From Malacoraja senta (lineage: Eukaryota), in the NCBI GenBank assembly GCA_038087875.1, contig CM075989.1, forward strand, positions 12,030,001 to 12,094,000: a stretch of 64,000 bases of DNA, given 5' to 3'. How positions within the stretch are numbered: the stretch's first letter is position 1; each line of letters opens with the position of its first letter. The position numbers and the translations under genes are program-made. This document shows, one piece after another, positions 1-12,639 of this stretch. The notes under the pieces were generated by a model. The model did no database searches, was not told where the DNA came from, and saw nothing but the letters and a program-made list of their open reading frames with translations.

Positions 1-718
1 TCCAGTACCAGGTGAAAACCATACGAAGGACAATGACACATGGATGAGGAATAAAAGGGCACAGGGGATGCTGTTTAAGGTGACATATTCAAACGTTGCA
101 GTGCTGGAGAACTGAGCTACACTGAACAGCAAAATGTCAGTGAGCAGCTGATTTTGATGCAGGTCTGAAATAGGTCATCTCCTGTCAGAGCGGCTTACCA
201 GTATTCACAGCACCTTCTTGCCAGGGCAGAGATGGGGATCAAGCTGGTAGAAAGTGGCACCAGCCCCTGAGCCCCTCCCCATCCATCCTTACCATGGAAC
301 TGGGGGCAGGCAAGGCCATTTCCCCCTGCTCCAGCTCCATGCCAGGTTGTTGTGCACTACACTAGCCTCCTCACATGCTTTCACCTCACCGTGTGACATC
401 CCACACCCAGCGGATGGGAACAAGGGCAGGTTTGAAGTTTGGAGTGTATTAATCTGGGCAGTGATGTTTCAAATGAAGGTGGGTGGGAATCTGGAACTCC
501 CTCACCCAGTGAGCACACCGAGGCAGGGACACAAGGTGCTGGGGTGGAGAAACTTTCAGATGATGGATAAGAGACGGACAGATGAGTAACTAATTCAGAG
601 TTCGTACCACTGCAAATTTGCAGTTCTTTGCTACAGTTAAAACTCATCAACATCTGTCAGTTGCTGGGCACATCTGTCAGTTTCAGGCCAGGCTGCCTGA
701 ACCTTGCATGGAGCGACA

Positions 719-732
719 CTGCCCCCTGGAGG
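719..732 (-). promoter_or_regulatory. CTCF-like motif
   Basis: Minus strand reads CCTCCAGGGGGCAG, a close match to the CTCF core consensus, in non-repeat sequence. Motif match only. Confidence 0.45.
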
Positions 733-970
733 TGTACGTCATGCAATACACTCTTTAGTTCTACACTCTGGTGTAGAAACAAAGAACTGTAGATGCTTGT
801 TTATACCAAAGATACATAAAGTGCTGGAGTAGCTGATCAGCCATTTCTCAACTGTTCCCTCTCACCCTTGACATTTTATGGAAATACTCCTCACCCCAAA
901 CCATCCCTCCTATACACACACACACCTCCCCCCACACTGACTCACACACACTCACATACAACACGCATAC

Positions 971-1275
971 TTTAGCCTTTACTTTTTACTTTAGAGATAC
1001 AGTGCAGAAATAGGCCCTTCAGCCCACCGAGTCCGCACCAACCCCCGTACACCAACACTATCCGACACACTAGGGACAATTTACAATTTTTAAAGGTTAA
1101 TCTACAAACCTGTACATTTCTGGAGTTTGTGAGGAAACTAGAACATCCAGAGAAAACCCACGCAGTCACAGGGCGAACGTACAAACTCTGCATAGAAAGC
1201 ACCTTTAGTCAGGATCAAACCCGGGTGTCTGGCGCTGTAAGGCAACAATTCTATCACTGCGGCACTGTGCCGCCC
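971..1275 (-). mobile_element. tRNA-derived V-SINE (HE1-like), full length
   Basis: Minus strand starts GGGCGGCACAGTG...GGGTTTGATCC (pol III A/B boxes), then a V-core-like middle, a CR1-like 3' end and an A-rich tail. Many copies in the window. Confidence 0.85.
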
Positions 1276-1597
1276 TGGAGGCATACCTTCAGATTCAGGG
1301 ACAGTTCCTTCCCAGCTGTTATCAGGCAACTGAACCATCTTTTCACCAGCTAAACTGTGGTCCTGATCTCCCATCTACCTCATTGGAGTCCTTTGAACTA
1401 TCGTTAATCGGACTTTAACGGACATTATCTTGCACTAAATGTCCTTTATTCTTCATCTGTACTCTGTTGATGGCTTGAGTGTAATCATAAGGAATAGGAG
1501 TAGAATTAGGCCATTCGGCCCATCAAGTCTACTCCACCATTTAATCATGGCTGGTCTATCTCTCCCTCCGAACCCCATTTTCCTCCGAACCCCATTC

Positions 1598-2855
1598 TGG
1601 AATTTTTTGAGGATGTGACAAGTAAAATGAATGAAGGGGTGCCAGTGGATGTAGTGTATTTAGACTTTCAGAAACCCTTTGATAAGGTCCCGCACGGGAG
1701 ACTGGTGACTAAAATTAGAGCACATGGTATTGGGGATAGGGTGTTGACATGGATAGAAAATTGGTTGGCAGACCGGAAGCAAAGAGTAGGAGTGAACGGA
1801 TCCTTTTCAGAATGGCAGGCAGTGGCGAGTGGAGTGCCGCAAGGCTCGGTTGGGGCCGCAACTGTTTACCATATATATTAATGATTTGGAAGAGGGAATT
1901 AGGAGCAACACTAGCAAGTTTGCAGATGACACAAAGCTGGGTGGAAGTGTGAACTGTGAAGAGGATGTTAGGAGGTTGCAGGGTGACCTGGACAGGTTGA
2001 GCGAGTGGGCAGATGTGTGGCAGATGCAGTATAATATAGATAAATGTGAGGTTATCCACTTTGGTGGCAAAAACAAGGGGGCAGATTATTATCTCAATGG
2101 GGTTAGGTAAGGGGGAGGTGCAGCGAGACCTGGGCATCCTTGTACACCGGTCACTGAAAGTTGGCTTACAAGTACAGCAGGCAGTGAAGAAAGCTAATGG
2201 AATGTTGGCCTTCATAACAAGAGGATTTCAGTATAGGAGTAAAGAGGTTCTTCTGCAGTTGTATAGGGCTCTGGTGAGACCACATCTGGAGTATTGTGTA
2301 CAGTTTTGGTCTCCTAATTTGAGGAAGGACATCCTTGTGATTGAGGCAGTGCAGCGTAGGTCCACGAGAATGATCCCTGGGATGGCGGGGCTGTCATATG
2401 AGGAAAGATTGGAAAGACTAGGCTTGTATTCACTGGAGTTTAGAATGATGAGGGGATATCTTATAGAAACATATACAATTATAAAAGGACTGGACAAGCT
2501 AGATGCAGGAAAAATGTTCCCAATGTTGGACGAGTCCAGAACCAGGGGCCACAGTCTTTGAATAAAGGGGAGGTCATTTAAGACTGAGATGAGAAAAAAC
2601 TTTTTCACCCAGAGAGTTGTGAATTTATGGAATTCCCTGCCACAGCGGGCAGTGGAGGCCAAATCACTGGATGGATTTAAGAGAGAGTTAGATAGAGCTC
2701 TAGGGGCTAGTGGAGTCAAGGGATATGGGGAGAAGGCAGGCACGTGTTATTGATAGGGGACGATCAGCCATGATCATAATGAATGGCGGTGCTGGCTCGA
2801 AGGGCCGAATGGCCTCCTCCTGCACCTATTTTCTATGTTCTATGTTTCTATGTTT
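1598..2855 (+). mobile_element. CR1 LINE, 5'-truncated, ORF2 RT fragment plus 3' UTR
   Basis: VYLDFQKPFDKVPH, GVPQGS, KFADDTKLGG and LVRPHLEYCVQFWSP across frameshifted ORFs. Ends in a (TTTCTATG)n tail. Inserted into a minus-strand CR1 3' UTR (1486-1597 / 2856-3030). Confidence 0.95.
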
Positions 2856-3029
2856 CTCTCGCCTTCTCCCCATAACCTCAGACACCTGTACTAATCAAGA
2901 ATCTATCTATCTCTGCCTTCAAAATATCCACTGACTTGGCCTCCACAGCTTCTGTGGCAAAGAATTCCACAGATTCACCACCCTCAGACTAAATAAATAT
3001 CTCCTTCCTAAAAGAACGTCCTTTACAAT

Positions 3030-3244
3030 ATAGACAATCCAATAGGTGTAGGAGTAGGACATTCGGCCCTTCGAGCCACCACCGCCATTAAATGTGATCA
3101 TGGCTGATCATTCCCAATCAGTACCCCGTTCCTGCCTTCTCCCCATATCCCCTGACTCCGCTATCTTTAAGAGCCCTATCTTGTTCTCTCTTGAAAGTAT
3201 CCAGAGAACCGGCCGCCACCGCCATCTGAGGCAGAGAATTCCAT
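3030..3244 (-). mobile_element. CR1 LINE 3' end fragment
   Basis: Reverse complement matches the 3' end of the CR1 at 2630-2850. Confidence 0.8.
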
Positions 3245-3769
3245 AACGTAGTTTTTTCTTGAGATAGCACGCAACAAGAAGCGTTTCGCTGTACCATTTA
3301 CACGTGACAATAATAAACTAAACTAAAAGCTCGATGGAAGAGCTCCTGTGAAGAGGGTGTGAGAGGCGGGAACTGCAGAGCTGGGCCGCCAGTGATGGGT
3401 GAGAGCGGGGACTTTACAGGAGGCAGAGGCAGAGCCAGAGAAGCACATATACCTCAGAGAGTGAGATACTGCAGCGACTCAAAGGAAAGCGATGTCAGCG
3501 TGTGAACTGGTTCTGTTTTGATAACCCTTATTTCCCGGCAGTCGTGTCAGATGGTTCAGAGACACACCTGATTAATGCTATGAAGGGAGGGACCGGAACA
3601 TCCAATTAAATTCAACTTGTCGTGAGAGACTCTGCGATAAATGACCGGCTATCTCTCCCTTACCCCTCTTCACTCTCTCTTGCGTTCTCCTTCCCTCCCT
3701 CAACCCTCCCTGCCTTCAACCTTTTTTTCTCTCTCCCTTCCCCATTCCTGAAGTCAGACCCAGTGGACC

Positions 3770-4190
3770 ATAACCGCCGGAAATCTTCCACCTTGCTAGC
3801 GTGCGAGAGGATTGCGAACACGCCCTGGCCCTGGCCCGCGGGACTCCGTGTCAGCTAATGTGATCTGACTGCCCCTATTCACCAGCAGACGCTTCTCATT
3901 CCTTCACTGAACTGTCACTAATACAATTATTCGAGCTCGTCTCTTCCTCGCAGCTTTTGCTTTGTGCTGATTGGATTTACGCGAGAGGCCGACTGGACCG
4001 GTTCTGCTTGCTCATCATTCCCTCTCCCACTCCCGAGGGTGTGAAACCCGGCAAATAAAGAAGGCAGCAGATAGGAGCGAATTAGAATTACTGGGGCGCG
4101 TGGGGGTGCAGGCCGTGGGAACGTTCCCTGACCAGGAGTACTCGAAGCTCCGGCGACCCCGGCATTGGGAATGGATCTAGAACAATGGAT
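3770..4190. promoter_or_regulatory. CpG-rich unique segment, possible regulatory element or alternative promoter
   Basis: Locally high CpG density in a CpG-depleted background, an ATTGG (reverse CCAAT) box near 3970, and a polypyrimidine tract upstream. Confidence 0.3.
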
Positions 4191-5092
4191 TTAGACGGCA
4201 TAGCGGTGGAGTTGCTGCCTTACAGAGCCAATGACTCCGGGTTCGATCCTGACTACGGGTGTTGTCTGTGTGGAATGTGTACGTTCTCCTTTTTCTTGAT
4301 TAGTACAGGTGTCAGAGGTTATGGGGAGAAGGCATAAGAATTGGGTTAGGAGGGAGAGATAGATCAGCCACGATTGAATGGGGAGTAGACTTGATGGGCC
4401 GAATGGCTTAATTCTGCTCTTATCACATGATCTTATGAGAACAAGCCCCCGCAGCCACAGGAGGCCATTCGGCCCGCCTCTTCTGTGTCTACTTGGTGAA
4501 AGTGTTCCGTCCTGTTTGGAAGGTTCCTGTTGAATCTGCTCCCAGATCATAAAAACATTGCGGGACAACTTCCCCCTCCAACCTCACCACCACCCCCCCC
4601 CCTTTCCACCCCGTCCGACACTTGCCCCAACCCTCTGCTTCTCACACTCCTTAACCCCACGTGTAAAACCCCTCCCCAACTTTCCCCGTGAGAGCACCAA
4701 GAGAGATCCTGTAGGATCTACTGAATCCCACGACAGAAATCAAAGAACAAACGACACTTAGCTGATTCCAGAAGCCCCTTTTACCTACATTCTCACCAAT
4801 CATAACCCGTGTGTAGATAAGGCCAATTAGTGCCTCTGACCTTGGAGTTGATATTAAGCTCTTGTGGCTGGACCTTCTTGTGAGGCTGCTGGCGAGTCGC
4901 CAGCGGTGACAGGCTGTATGTTGGCAAAACCAACGCGGGCCACAATCCCACAGAGTGCCCCAGCCCCGATGCGGTTATAACAGAACCCCAGAGGTCTTCG
5001 GGTGGGGGTGGTCTTCATCTGAGAACCGGGCCAGGGTCAGGAGGGACCCCAGGGCTTAGAGAGAGTGAAAGAGATCTTACAGCCTGAGCACC

Positions 5093-5320
5093 GACTGTCG
5101 ATCACCCGTTCACACTAGTTCTACATTATGCCACTGTCTCATCCACTCCCTGAACACTAGGGGTAATTTACAGATGTCTATTAACCTACAAACCCGCACA
5201 TCTTTGAGATATGGGAGGAAACATACGCGGTCATAGGGAGAACGTGCAAACTCCACAATGACAGCACCCGAGGTCAGGATCAAACCCCATGTCTGGAGCT
5301 GCGACGCCCCAACAGGTTCA
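5093..5320 (-). mobile_element. V-SINE (HE1-like) fragment
   Basis: Same core as 971-1275 (AGGATCAAACCC B-box complement, GGAGAACGTGCAAACTCCAC). Confidence 0.75.
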
Positions 5321-5984
5321 ATGGGGAAATGACTTTCATGAACAACAGTCCCCAGTGTGCATCTGCCGCAGATGTCCTTTTCCACAATGGGTTCAATTCG
5401 CACACAGCAAGATCCCATGTGGTAGTGGCTGGATATGTTTAGATGCTGAGGGGCGAGTTACGCCCATGGTCGCTGTCCAAATTATATCAAGGGACCTTCC
5501 CCCTCCCCGGGACCTCTTTAGATGTCAGCGTGGTCGATGCATTCACGTCTCGGTGGAGACTCAGAGCCTCAATACTTGTAGGTTGAGGTGGGCCAGGGCT
5601 GGGTCTCAGTGGGTGGGGGAGATGGTTCTGGGGATGGGAGGATGATGGGTGCAGTCGTGGACTATTCCCCTTTAGGGAGAGGGGACGGGAAGGCAGTACA
5701 GTGCGGAGGCCCCTGCGCCGCTACCTCGCCACATCCCATCCTCTCCTGCCCTTCTGTCCTCCACCCTGATGCTCCACGATGCAGGAATGATGACTAGAAT
5801 AAACTGGAGCCTGCGCAGAAATCCGTTCTTAATCCCCGGCGACAGCTCCCTGATCCCCCTCACTCAGGCCGGCCCGATCCGATGTGACAAGGCGCCAGTC
5901 TAAAGCAAACAAGCTAAACTAAAGCTCCAAAGAGGGCAGGCAGTCACCTGGGCCCGGAATACATCAGCATTCGTCCACGCACTC

Positions 5985-6330
5985 ACAGGAGGGAGCAGCG
6001 TTGAGGTAACGCTTCATTGTCAGAGAACAACAGTGCTGCCTGCACCGAGGGAGCGCCGCACCCTGGGAAGGGCCGCACTGAGGGAGCGCCGCATTCTTCA
6101 GTTGAGACGTTAAATCATGAACCGGACATAAAATAACATCCCAAAACATGGCTTCAAGTAAGGACAGAAGTTCTGGCCGGAGTCCTGGGCAGTGATTAAC
6201 CTGCACTTTATAATCCCTAAAGCAGATGAGCTGGTCTCCAACTCACTGCTGTCTGTGGGATCTTGCTCTGCAAAATGATGTTACAGTTCCTGCATTATAA
6301 TCGTGGCAACAAAACTTTTCCTTCTGGATT
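5985..6330 (+). mobile_element. Deu-domain SINE (SacSINE1/AmnSINE1-like), degenerate
   Basis: CTGAGGGAGCGCCGCA...TGAGACGTTAAA...GCTGTCTGTGGGATCTTGCTCTG pattern. Related copies at 34590, 50030 and 53285. Confidence 0.6.
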
Positions 6331-6380
6331 GAGACCACGTGTTGCGCCCCTGACACAACTAATCAACCTCGCCCCGAGTG

Positions 6381-7180
6381 TAGGAAGGAACTGCAGATAC
6401 TGGTTTACACCGAGCATAGACAGAGAATGCTGAAGTAACTCAGCGGGCCAGACAACATCTCTGGAGAAAAGGAATAGGTGCCGTTTCGGGTCGAGACTCT
6501 TCTTCAGATTGAAGTCAGGGGGAGGGAAACTAGAAGTATGAAAAGTTTCAGAACAAATCAGAGTCGGCACCGATGACCAAGGAAAGGTGGAGCCCACAAT
6601 GGTTCTTGCTGGCTGTGGAAGAGGTGATAGCAAAGGGACATATGGATGCGAACAGTGGAACTGGCAGAATGACAAGGGTGGGGGTAGGGCAGAGAGAGAA
6701 GGAATGCATGAGTTACTTCAAATTACTTGAAATCAGAGAAATTAGACCACTGCCCGAGCGAAATATGAGGTGCTGTTCCTCCAATTTCCGTGTGGTCTCA
6801 TTCTGAGTGGAGGAGGCCCAAGCCAGAAAGGTCAGTATGAGAATGGGAAAGTAGGCCAAGGCGGACTGAGCGTACTGTAGGTGTTCAGCAAAACGATTGC
6901 CCAATGTGCACTTGGGCTCGCCGATATATAGGAGTCCACACCGAGAACAACGGATTTAGTAGATGAAGTTGTTGGAGGTGCAAGTGAACCTCTGCCCCAT
7001 CTGAAAAGACTGTTGGGATCCCTGGATGGAGTTGAGGGAGGAGGGAAAGGCACAGTTGTGGCAGGGGAATATATATAGGAGTCCACACTGCCTGAAGAAG
7101 GATTTCGACCTGAAACGTCACCTACTCCTTTTCTCTACAGATGCTGCCTGGCTCGCTGAGTTACTCCAGCATTTTGTGTC
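6381..7180 (-). mobile_element. Penelope-like element 3' end (GIY-YIG remnant) with inverted pLTR
   Basis: Minus strand has RFAEHL and KLEEQHLIFR remnants plus a pLTR. A plus-strand pLTR lies at 7091-7180. Degenerate TSD AACCTC(G/A)CCC..AGTG on both sides. Confidence 0.85.
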
Positions 7181-7422
7181 GAACCTCACCCTAGTGAACC
7201 TAGTCCTGTAGACTCCCAATCCAAAATCATCAGTGTGTTTACGAAATCTTGCTCTGCACCTACAGTGTTACAATTCAAAATGGTGACCGTCAGAATATCT
7301 AATTGATTATAAAAGAACTCTGGATTTCAGGAGGAGGAAAATGTCCTTGTGTGCATTCAGGTCAGGCCACAATCAGTGTGTAATTAATTCATATAGTCAT
7401 GACCAGTGCTCTACCCATTCAC

Positions 7423-7528
7423 ACTAGAAACAAGGAACTGCAGGTGCTGGTTTTCTAAAAAAAACACAAAATGCTGAAGTAACTCAACTGACGCAGCGAG
7501 TTACTCCAGTACTTTGTATATATTTTTT
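7423..7528. mobile_element. Mini Penelope pLTR fold-back insertion
   Basis: pLTR tail in reverse followed by the forward pLTR end. Flanked by the direct repeat CT(A/G)CCCATTCAC at 7411-7422 and 7529-7540. Confidence 0.7.
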
Positions 7529-8059
7529 CTGCCCATTCACCCCTGGAACTGGAGTTGGTGGCTCTGTGCTCTCAGTAGTGTGAAATGCCACCAGCCATTG
7601 ATGCATATTTTGGCAGTGGGAAGTTTATCGGGAATATGGCTTTGACTGAGGTGGGAGTCTGCCAAACATGGTTAAAGTGATCACTCCAGCCATCAGGAGA
7701 TGCAGGTGCAGACAGAGGAGCAAAGGGGACAGAGAACCTGTTGGATTTGGTTTAATGCAGGCATGCACTTTAGAGGGAAGAATGTGGAGAGGCAGCATTC
7801 ATCATACATTACAGGAAGTGGACACCTGCGGCTTAATCTACACATCTGTGAAAGGTGGCAGAACAGGTAAATGACAGGTAAATGTCAACCTGCAGGCTTT
7901 ATCTGTGCTGAACAAAAACACAGAAGCAATTTATAAATGCTGGCCAGACCTCAGTTTGAGGATTACAGTCAGTTCTAGGCACCACTGTGTACGCACCTCA
8001 GATGGTGCAGAGGAGCTTCACTGGAGTCAATACTCTGTAACACTGGTGTAGCTTTGTCT

Positions 8060-8730
8060 CAGTATCAAAGGGCCCTGGGAAGTGTTGTAGAACAGGGCAA
8101 TCTAGGAGTACAGGTACATAATTACCTGAAAGTGGTGTCACAGACTGATAGGATGGTAAAAAAGGTTTTTGGTACATTGACCTTCATCAGTCAGGATATA
8201 GTGTATAGAAGTGCGATGTTATGTTACGGTTGTACAAGGCATTTGTGAGGCCACATTGGATTGGTGTAGGAAAGAACTGCAGATGCTGGATTAAATCGAA
8301 GGTAGACAGAAAATGCTGGAATAACTCAGCGGGACAGGCAACATCTCTGGAGAGAAGGAATGGGTGACATTTTGGGTCGAGACTCTTCTTCAGTGTACTG
8401 ACACTAGTAACTAATACTGCAGGAAGGATGTTATTAAGCTGGAAAGAGTGCAGGGAAGATTTACGAGAATGTTGCCTGGACTCGAGGATCTGAGCTATAG
8501 GAAAGGGTTGGCCAGGCTAGGACTTTATTCCTTGGAGAGCAGGAGACTGGTGATCTTATTGAGGTGTATAGAATCATGAGAAAAAAGGCAGGGTGAATGT
8601 ACAGTCTTTTGTCTTTTGAATGTACAGAAAATCAAGAACCAGACGATATAGATTTAAGGTGAAAAAGGCAAGATAGGAACCTGAGGGGCAACTTTTTCAC
8701 TTAGAGGGTGGTGGGGTATATGGAACGATT
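8060..8730 (+). mobile_element. Degenerate CR1 fragment interrupted by a Penelope pLTR (about 8262-8394)
   Basis: RALGSVVEQGNLGVQVH...VKKVFGTLTFISQ matches the other CR1 copies. The pLTR sequence interrupts it at the VRPHL codons. Confidence 0.8.
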
Positions 8731-9109
8731 CCATGCACAGCAATGTGGTAAAACCAGATCACTGGGGGAACCTCTCAAACCCCCACCTTGGGATATTATC
8801 AAATTTACAATATAGAAACATAAAAAGTAGGAGCAGAAGGAGGCCATTTAGCCCTTCAGGCTTGTTCCGCCATGAAACAAGGTCATCTTCTCTCCTACCT
8901 TGTTCCTGCCCACCTCGTATCCCTGGATCCCTCTGGCATTACCTCCTTTATTGAATTTTCACTCTCTCTGGGGGAAAATTCTATAGCTTCACTACCCTCT
9001 GGGTGAAGAAACTTCCAATATCAGTTCCAAATGACAAATCCTGCATCCTGAGGTCATCAGCCATCAGCCTGCCTGCGTCTAGTCTGGCTAATTCTGTTAA
9101 TATTTCATG

Positions 9110-9450
9110 CTGCCCCTCTGAAGGTGTGACATTCCCTCAGTAGTAAACATAAACAAGCACAGTGCTCCCTCAGTTTGGTCTCCCACCATGCAGTGGTCCC
9201 TTGGTACGGTCCCTCCACAATGCAGTGCTCCCTCAGTACTGCTCCTTCCACAGTGCAATGCAGTGCTCCCTTCCTACTGGTCCTCCCACAATGCGGTACT
9301 GCCCCTCCAACTGCACGGAGCTCCCTCACTACTGTTCCTCCAACAGTGCGGTGCTCCCTCAGTACTGCTCTCAGAGTGCAGCATTCCCTCAATACTGGTC
9401 CTCCCACAGTGCCGAGCTCCTCAGTACCTCCCCTCTCACAATGCAGCATT
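9110..9450. repeat. ~32-33 bp minisatellite (CAGTGCAGCACTCCCTCAGTACTGCCCCTC.. units)
   Basis: Degenerate tandem units visible directly. Confidence 0.85.
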
Positions 9451-9982
9451 CTGTTAGTGCTCATAGGACCAATGATTTGAAGCTTGGAGAGGCAGAACTC
9501 ATAGAAATGTAGGTGATGGGGAGATGCAGTGGAAATTCTAGAGTTCAGGACCCAGGCATATGGAAGCATGATTCCCAGTGCTGGGTCCAGATGTTCGTGA
9601 GGGATGAAGAATGTGCGAGTCATTCAGGGCTGGCAAGAGCAGTGGGAATAGGTAGAGAAGGTTACATTGCCTGATGCCGAGTCAGCGCGATGTTGTGATC
9701 ACTGGGCATGTCTCGTTCTCAGGGATATCAAACGCCCGGAGCCAACATTCCTGAGTGATCAGGAATAATAAAACTCTGCAACTCCCTGACTGAGAGCACA
9801 TCAGAGCCTGTTAGGCACACAGATTAGGCAGATGCAAATCTTGATAAAAAATGCTGACAGACTCAGAATAATTCAGCAGCACAGCACCAAACAAGATAGT
9901 GTCGAGAATACAAAATTTGCCAGTTTGGAATTTTCCAGAATAGTGCACTTCCCTTCTCCTTGTTTCTGAATCTGTTCAAAAG

Positions 9983-10335
9983 CACTCCCTAAGTACTGTC
10001 TTACAGTACTGCCCATCGGCAGTGCAGCACTCCCTCAGTACTCTCCCTTGACAGTAGAGCACTCCCTCAGTACTGCTCCTCCATAATGCTGCATTCTTTC
10101 ATTACTCCCCACTAGCAGTTGCAATCCCGCACTACTGCCCCTTGACAGTGTTGCACTCTCTCAGTACTGCCCCTCCACAGTGCAGCACTCCTTTAGTACT
10201 GACCCTCTGACAGTACAGCACTCCCTCATTACTGCCCCTCTGACAACACAATACTCCCTCACTACTGCCTCTACAATTTGCTGCATTCCCTCCGTACTGC
10301 CCCTCTGATAGTGCTGCATTCCCTCGGTTGTACAG
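9983..10335. repeat. ~32-33 bp minisatellite, same family
   Basis: About ten degenerate units of CAGTGCAGCACTCCCTCAGTACTGCCCCTCTGA. Confidence 0.85.
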
Positions 10336-11249
10336 CATTTGGCAGCCTGCATTTTGTGCACAACTGCCTAGAGTGAGTTTGAACTTGAGATTGTAATAAC
10401 TCATCCCTAACCCTGAGACCGGTGCTGTCAGATATTACTCAACCATGTGCTGATGGCCTGATTCCCAGTGTCTGTTGGATTAGACTGTCACCTTGTGCCA
10501 CAGTAAACCTGCAGCTTGGACTGGACCGCTGCCCACTGAGACATTAAATTGTGAGTGAGAAATAACTGAGATCAGTTGTTTCCCTTCGACTGTTTGGAAA
10601 ATCATCAGGCTCTCCCTTTGAATCTATAACTCTGTGACCACAACCTCACTTTGACTGGACATCACTGACTTGAACCCTTTTTGGTTGTCTTGAGGGGGCA
10701 AAAGGCATTTGAGCAACACAGGAGTTTTGTTTGCTTCTCTCAGCAGTGGTGTGACTATGCTGATTTGTGTTAACTGCACCAGTCCTTCCCTAATCTTCAC
10801 CGTGTGTTTTTTGGCTCGATGGGAGAGCTGCACTGTCAGAGCTGAAACATTAGACCCTCAGTGTTGCCTCAAAGGGACACTCCGGCACAGTTGTGAAGAA
10901 GGACAAAGGTACCTGAGCCCTACACATCTTTCAGTCAACATCTTTCCAGCGTGTGTGGTGCTTTGGGATGTCTTCAAGTTTTGGAAGCACTGCAGAGAGA
11001 GGCATCCACACTGTTGCTGAGGTAAAGGGCAGTAGGTATCATTCATTTTCTGAGACTGTGCTAGTAGAGCCAACATTGTCAAGGAATAAACCCACCATAT
11101 CCAATCTTTGCCTTAGATATTTTTGGTTCAGAGGCCTCCAATATGCACTGGATACCTAGTTATTGCAAGGTAGGAGGCCATTCTGCCCATCATCCAGCTG
11201 CAGGCAGCAATTGCACTCCCCACCTAGTTCCTTCTAACATTCTCTTTTA

Positions 11250-11470
11250 GACCATCTACCTCATTAGAGACCTTTGAACTATCTATATTCAGACTTTACT
11301 GGTCTTTGTCTTGCACTAAACGTTATACCCTTTATCCAGTATTTGTACACTATGATTGTAATCATGTAGTGATTGTAATCATGTAGTCTTTTCGCTGACT
11401 GGGTAGCCCGCAACTAAAAAGCTTTTCACTCTACCTCGATATACGTGACAATAATAAACTAAACTAAACA
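11250..11470 (+). mobile_element. Rex1/Babar-type LINE 3' UTR
   Basis: Matches 1370-1488 joined to 3247-3328. Ends in an (AAACT)n tail. Confidence 0.65.
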
Positions 11471-11734
11471 ATGGCTTATTAATGATCTTCCGCTGATTCT
11501 CCAACCACCCTCTGCACCCAGGATAATTTACAGCAGCCAATAAACCTACCGACTGGCACACCTTTGAGATGTGGGAAGAAACCGGAGCACCAGGCAGAAT
11601 CACAGGGAGAATGTGCAAACTCAACCAGAAGCCAAGTTCGAACCCCCCAACCCCCCAGATCTTACTGGCAGCAGCGCTGCCTGCTGCTCTAAAGTACTGT
11701 CCTTTGAGGCGTACTCAGGCTAACACGAGGACTT

Positions 11735-12006
11735 TAATTTAGTTTAGTTTAGAGGTACAGCATGGAAACAGGCTCACATTAACACTATCTTACACACACT
11801 AGGGACAATTTAGACTTATACCAAATCCAATTAACCCACAAACCTGTACATCTTACCAGTGTGGGAGGGAACTGAAGATCTTGGAGAAAACCCACATGGT
11901 CATGGGGAGAACGTACAAACTCCAGACAGACAGCATCTGCAGTCGGGATCGAACCCGGGTATCTGGCGCTGCAAGGCAGCAACTCTACCGCTGCGCCACC
12001 ATGCCC
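11735..12006 (-). mobile_element. V-SINE (HE1-like)
   Basis: tRNA-like head with GGTTCGATCCC B box on the minus strand, V core and (AAACT)n tail. Confidence 0.85.
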
Positions 12007-12639
12007 AACAGCACTTAGTTACTTTGAGGAAGCCTATCATGCACAATACCTGCTTTCCTCAATCCCATGCTCTGATGTCCCATTTGAATATGACCTCATT
12101 TAATATAAGCAGCTGAATTTGCAAAATTTAATCTCCTTTATGGATAAATAGAAGTAATTCAGGAGACTTTTCCGAACCAGAGTTCTTTGTTTACTGTACT
12201 GACGTGTGTCAGTGCAAAGAGTTAGCAAGTTCTGGCTCGTGAAACTGTGAGAGACGGGCAGTGAGCACGGGGCTCATCGGACTCTGGAATGCAGGAAGCT
12301 GCTTGTCTGACCTGCACCTGGGATCCTGCAGCAGGATGATCTCAGCTCTGGGCACCACAGCCCAGCAAGGATAAAGTGGTCTCAGGAGCACCTAACAAAG
12401 TCATACTGACCATTTCATCATTCAAATATGAATCCAATACAGAGAGGTGGCTAAATATTTGACAGGAATAAATTTATGAAAAGTGCCGTTGAGTGGCATA
12501 AATCAATGAGTCTTCCAAAGAGCCACCAGGAACACGATGGGACAAATAGGCTGTAGTTTGCATGATCTTTGGCATTTCCCTGCCAAAATGATCTGTCAGC
12601 ACAGTACAGGGTGCTTTAGGCCAGGGTATTCGTTGGGTT

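Larger units (their letters stand above)
1277..3328 (+). mobile_element. Rex1/Babar-type LINE 3' end split into 1277-1488 and 3247-3328 by nested CR1 insertions
   Basis: Begins with RFRDSSFPAVIRQLN-like C-terminal codons. The two halves joined match the uninterrupted copy at 11250-11470 (TGTAATCAT|GTAGT...ACGTGACAATAATAAACTAAACTAAA). Confidence 0.75.

Noticed and set aside
1200..1275. tRNA genes at SINE heads (also 4193, 11940, 16494, 52312)
   Set aside because: A/B boxes are present, but they run straight into SINE bodies and form no full cloverleaf.
1715..2743. Long antisense ORFs (166 and 171 aa; likewise 31158-31553, 55440-55982)
   Set aside because: Shadow frames opposite retroelement RT ORFs.
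4888..4904. Perfect 17 bp palindrome GCTGGCGA-G-TCGCCAGC
   Set aside because: Isolated, with no CTRR end, TSD or partner, and compatible with chance in 64 kb.
9105..10404. CRISPR-like array, or coding ORFs (172, 116, 101 aa etc.) over the 32-33 bp repeats
   Set aside because: The units are head-to-tail and degenerate with no unique spacers, no cas genes are present, and the context is vertebrate. The ORFs are by-products of the repeat.
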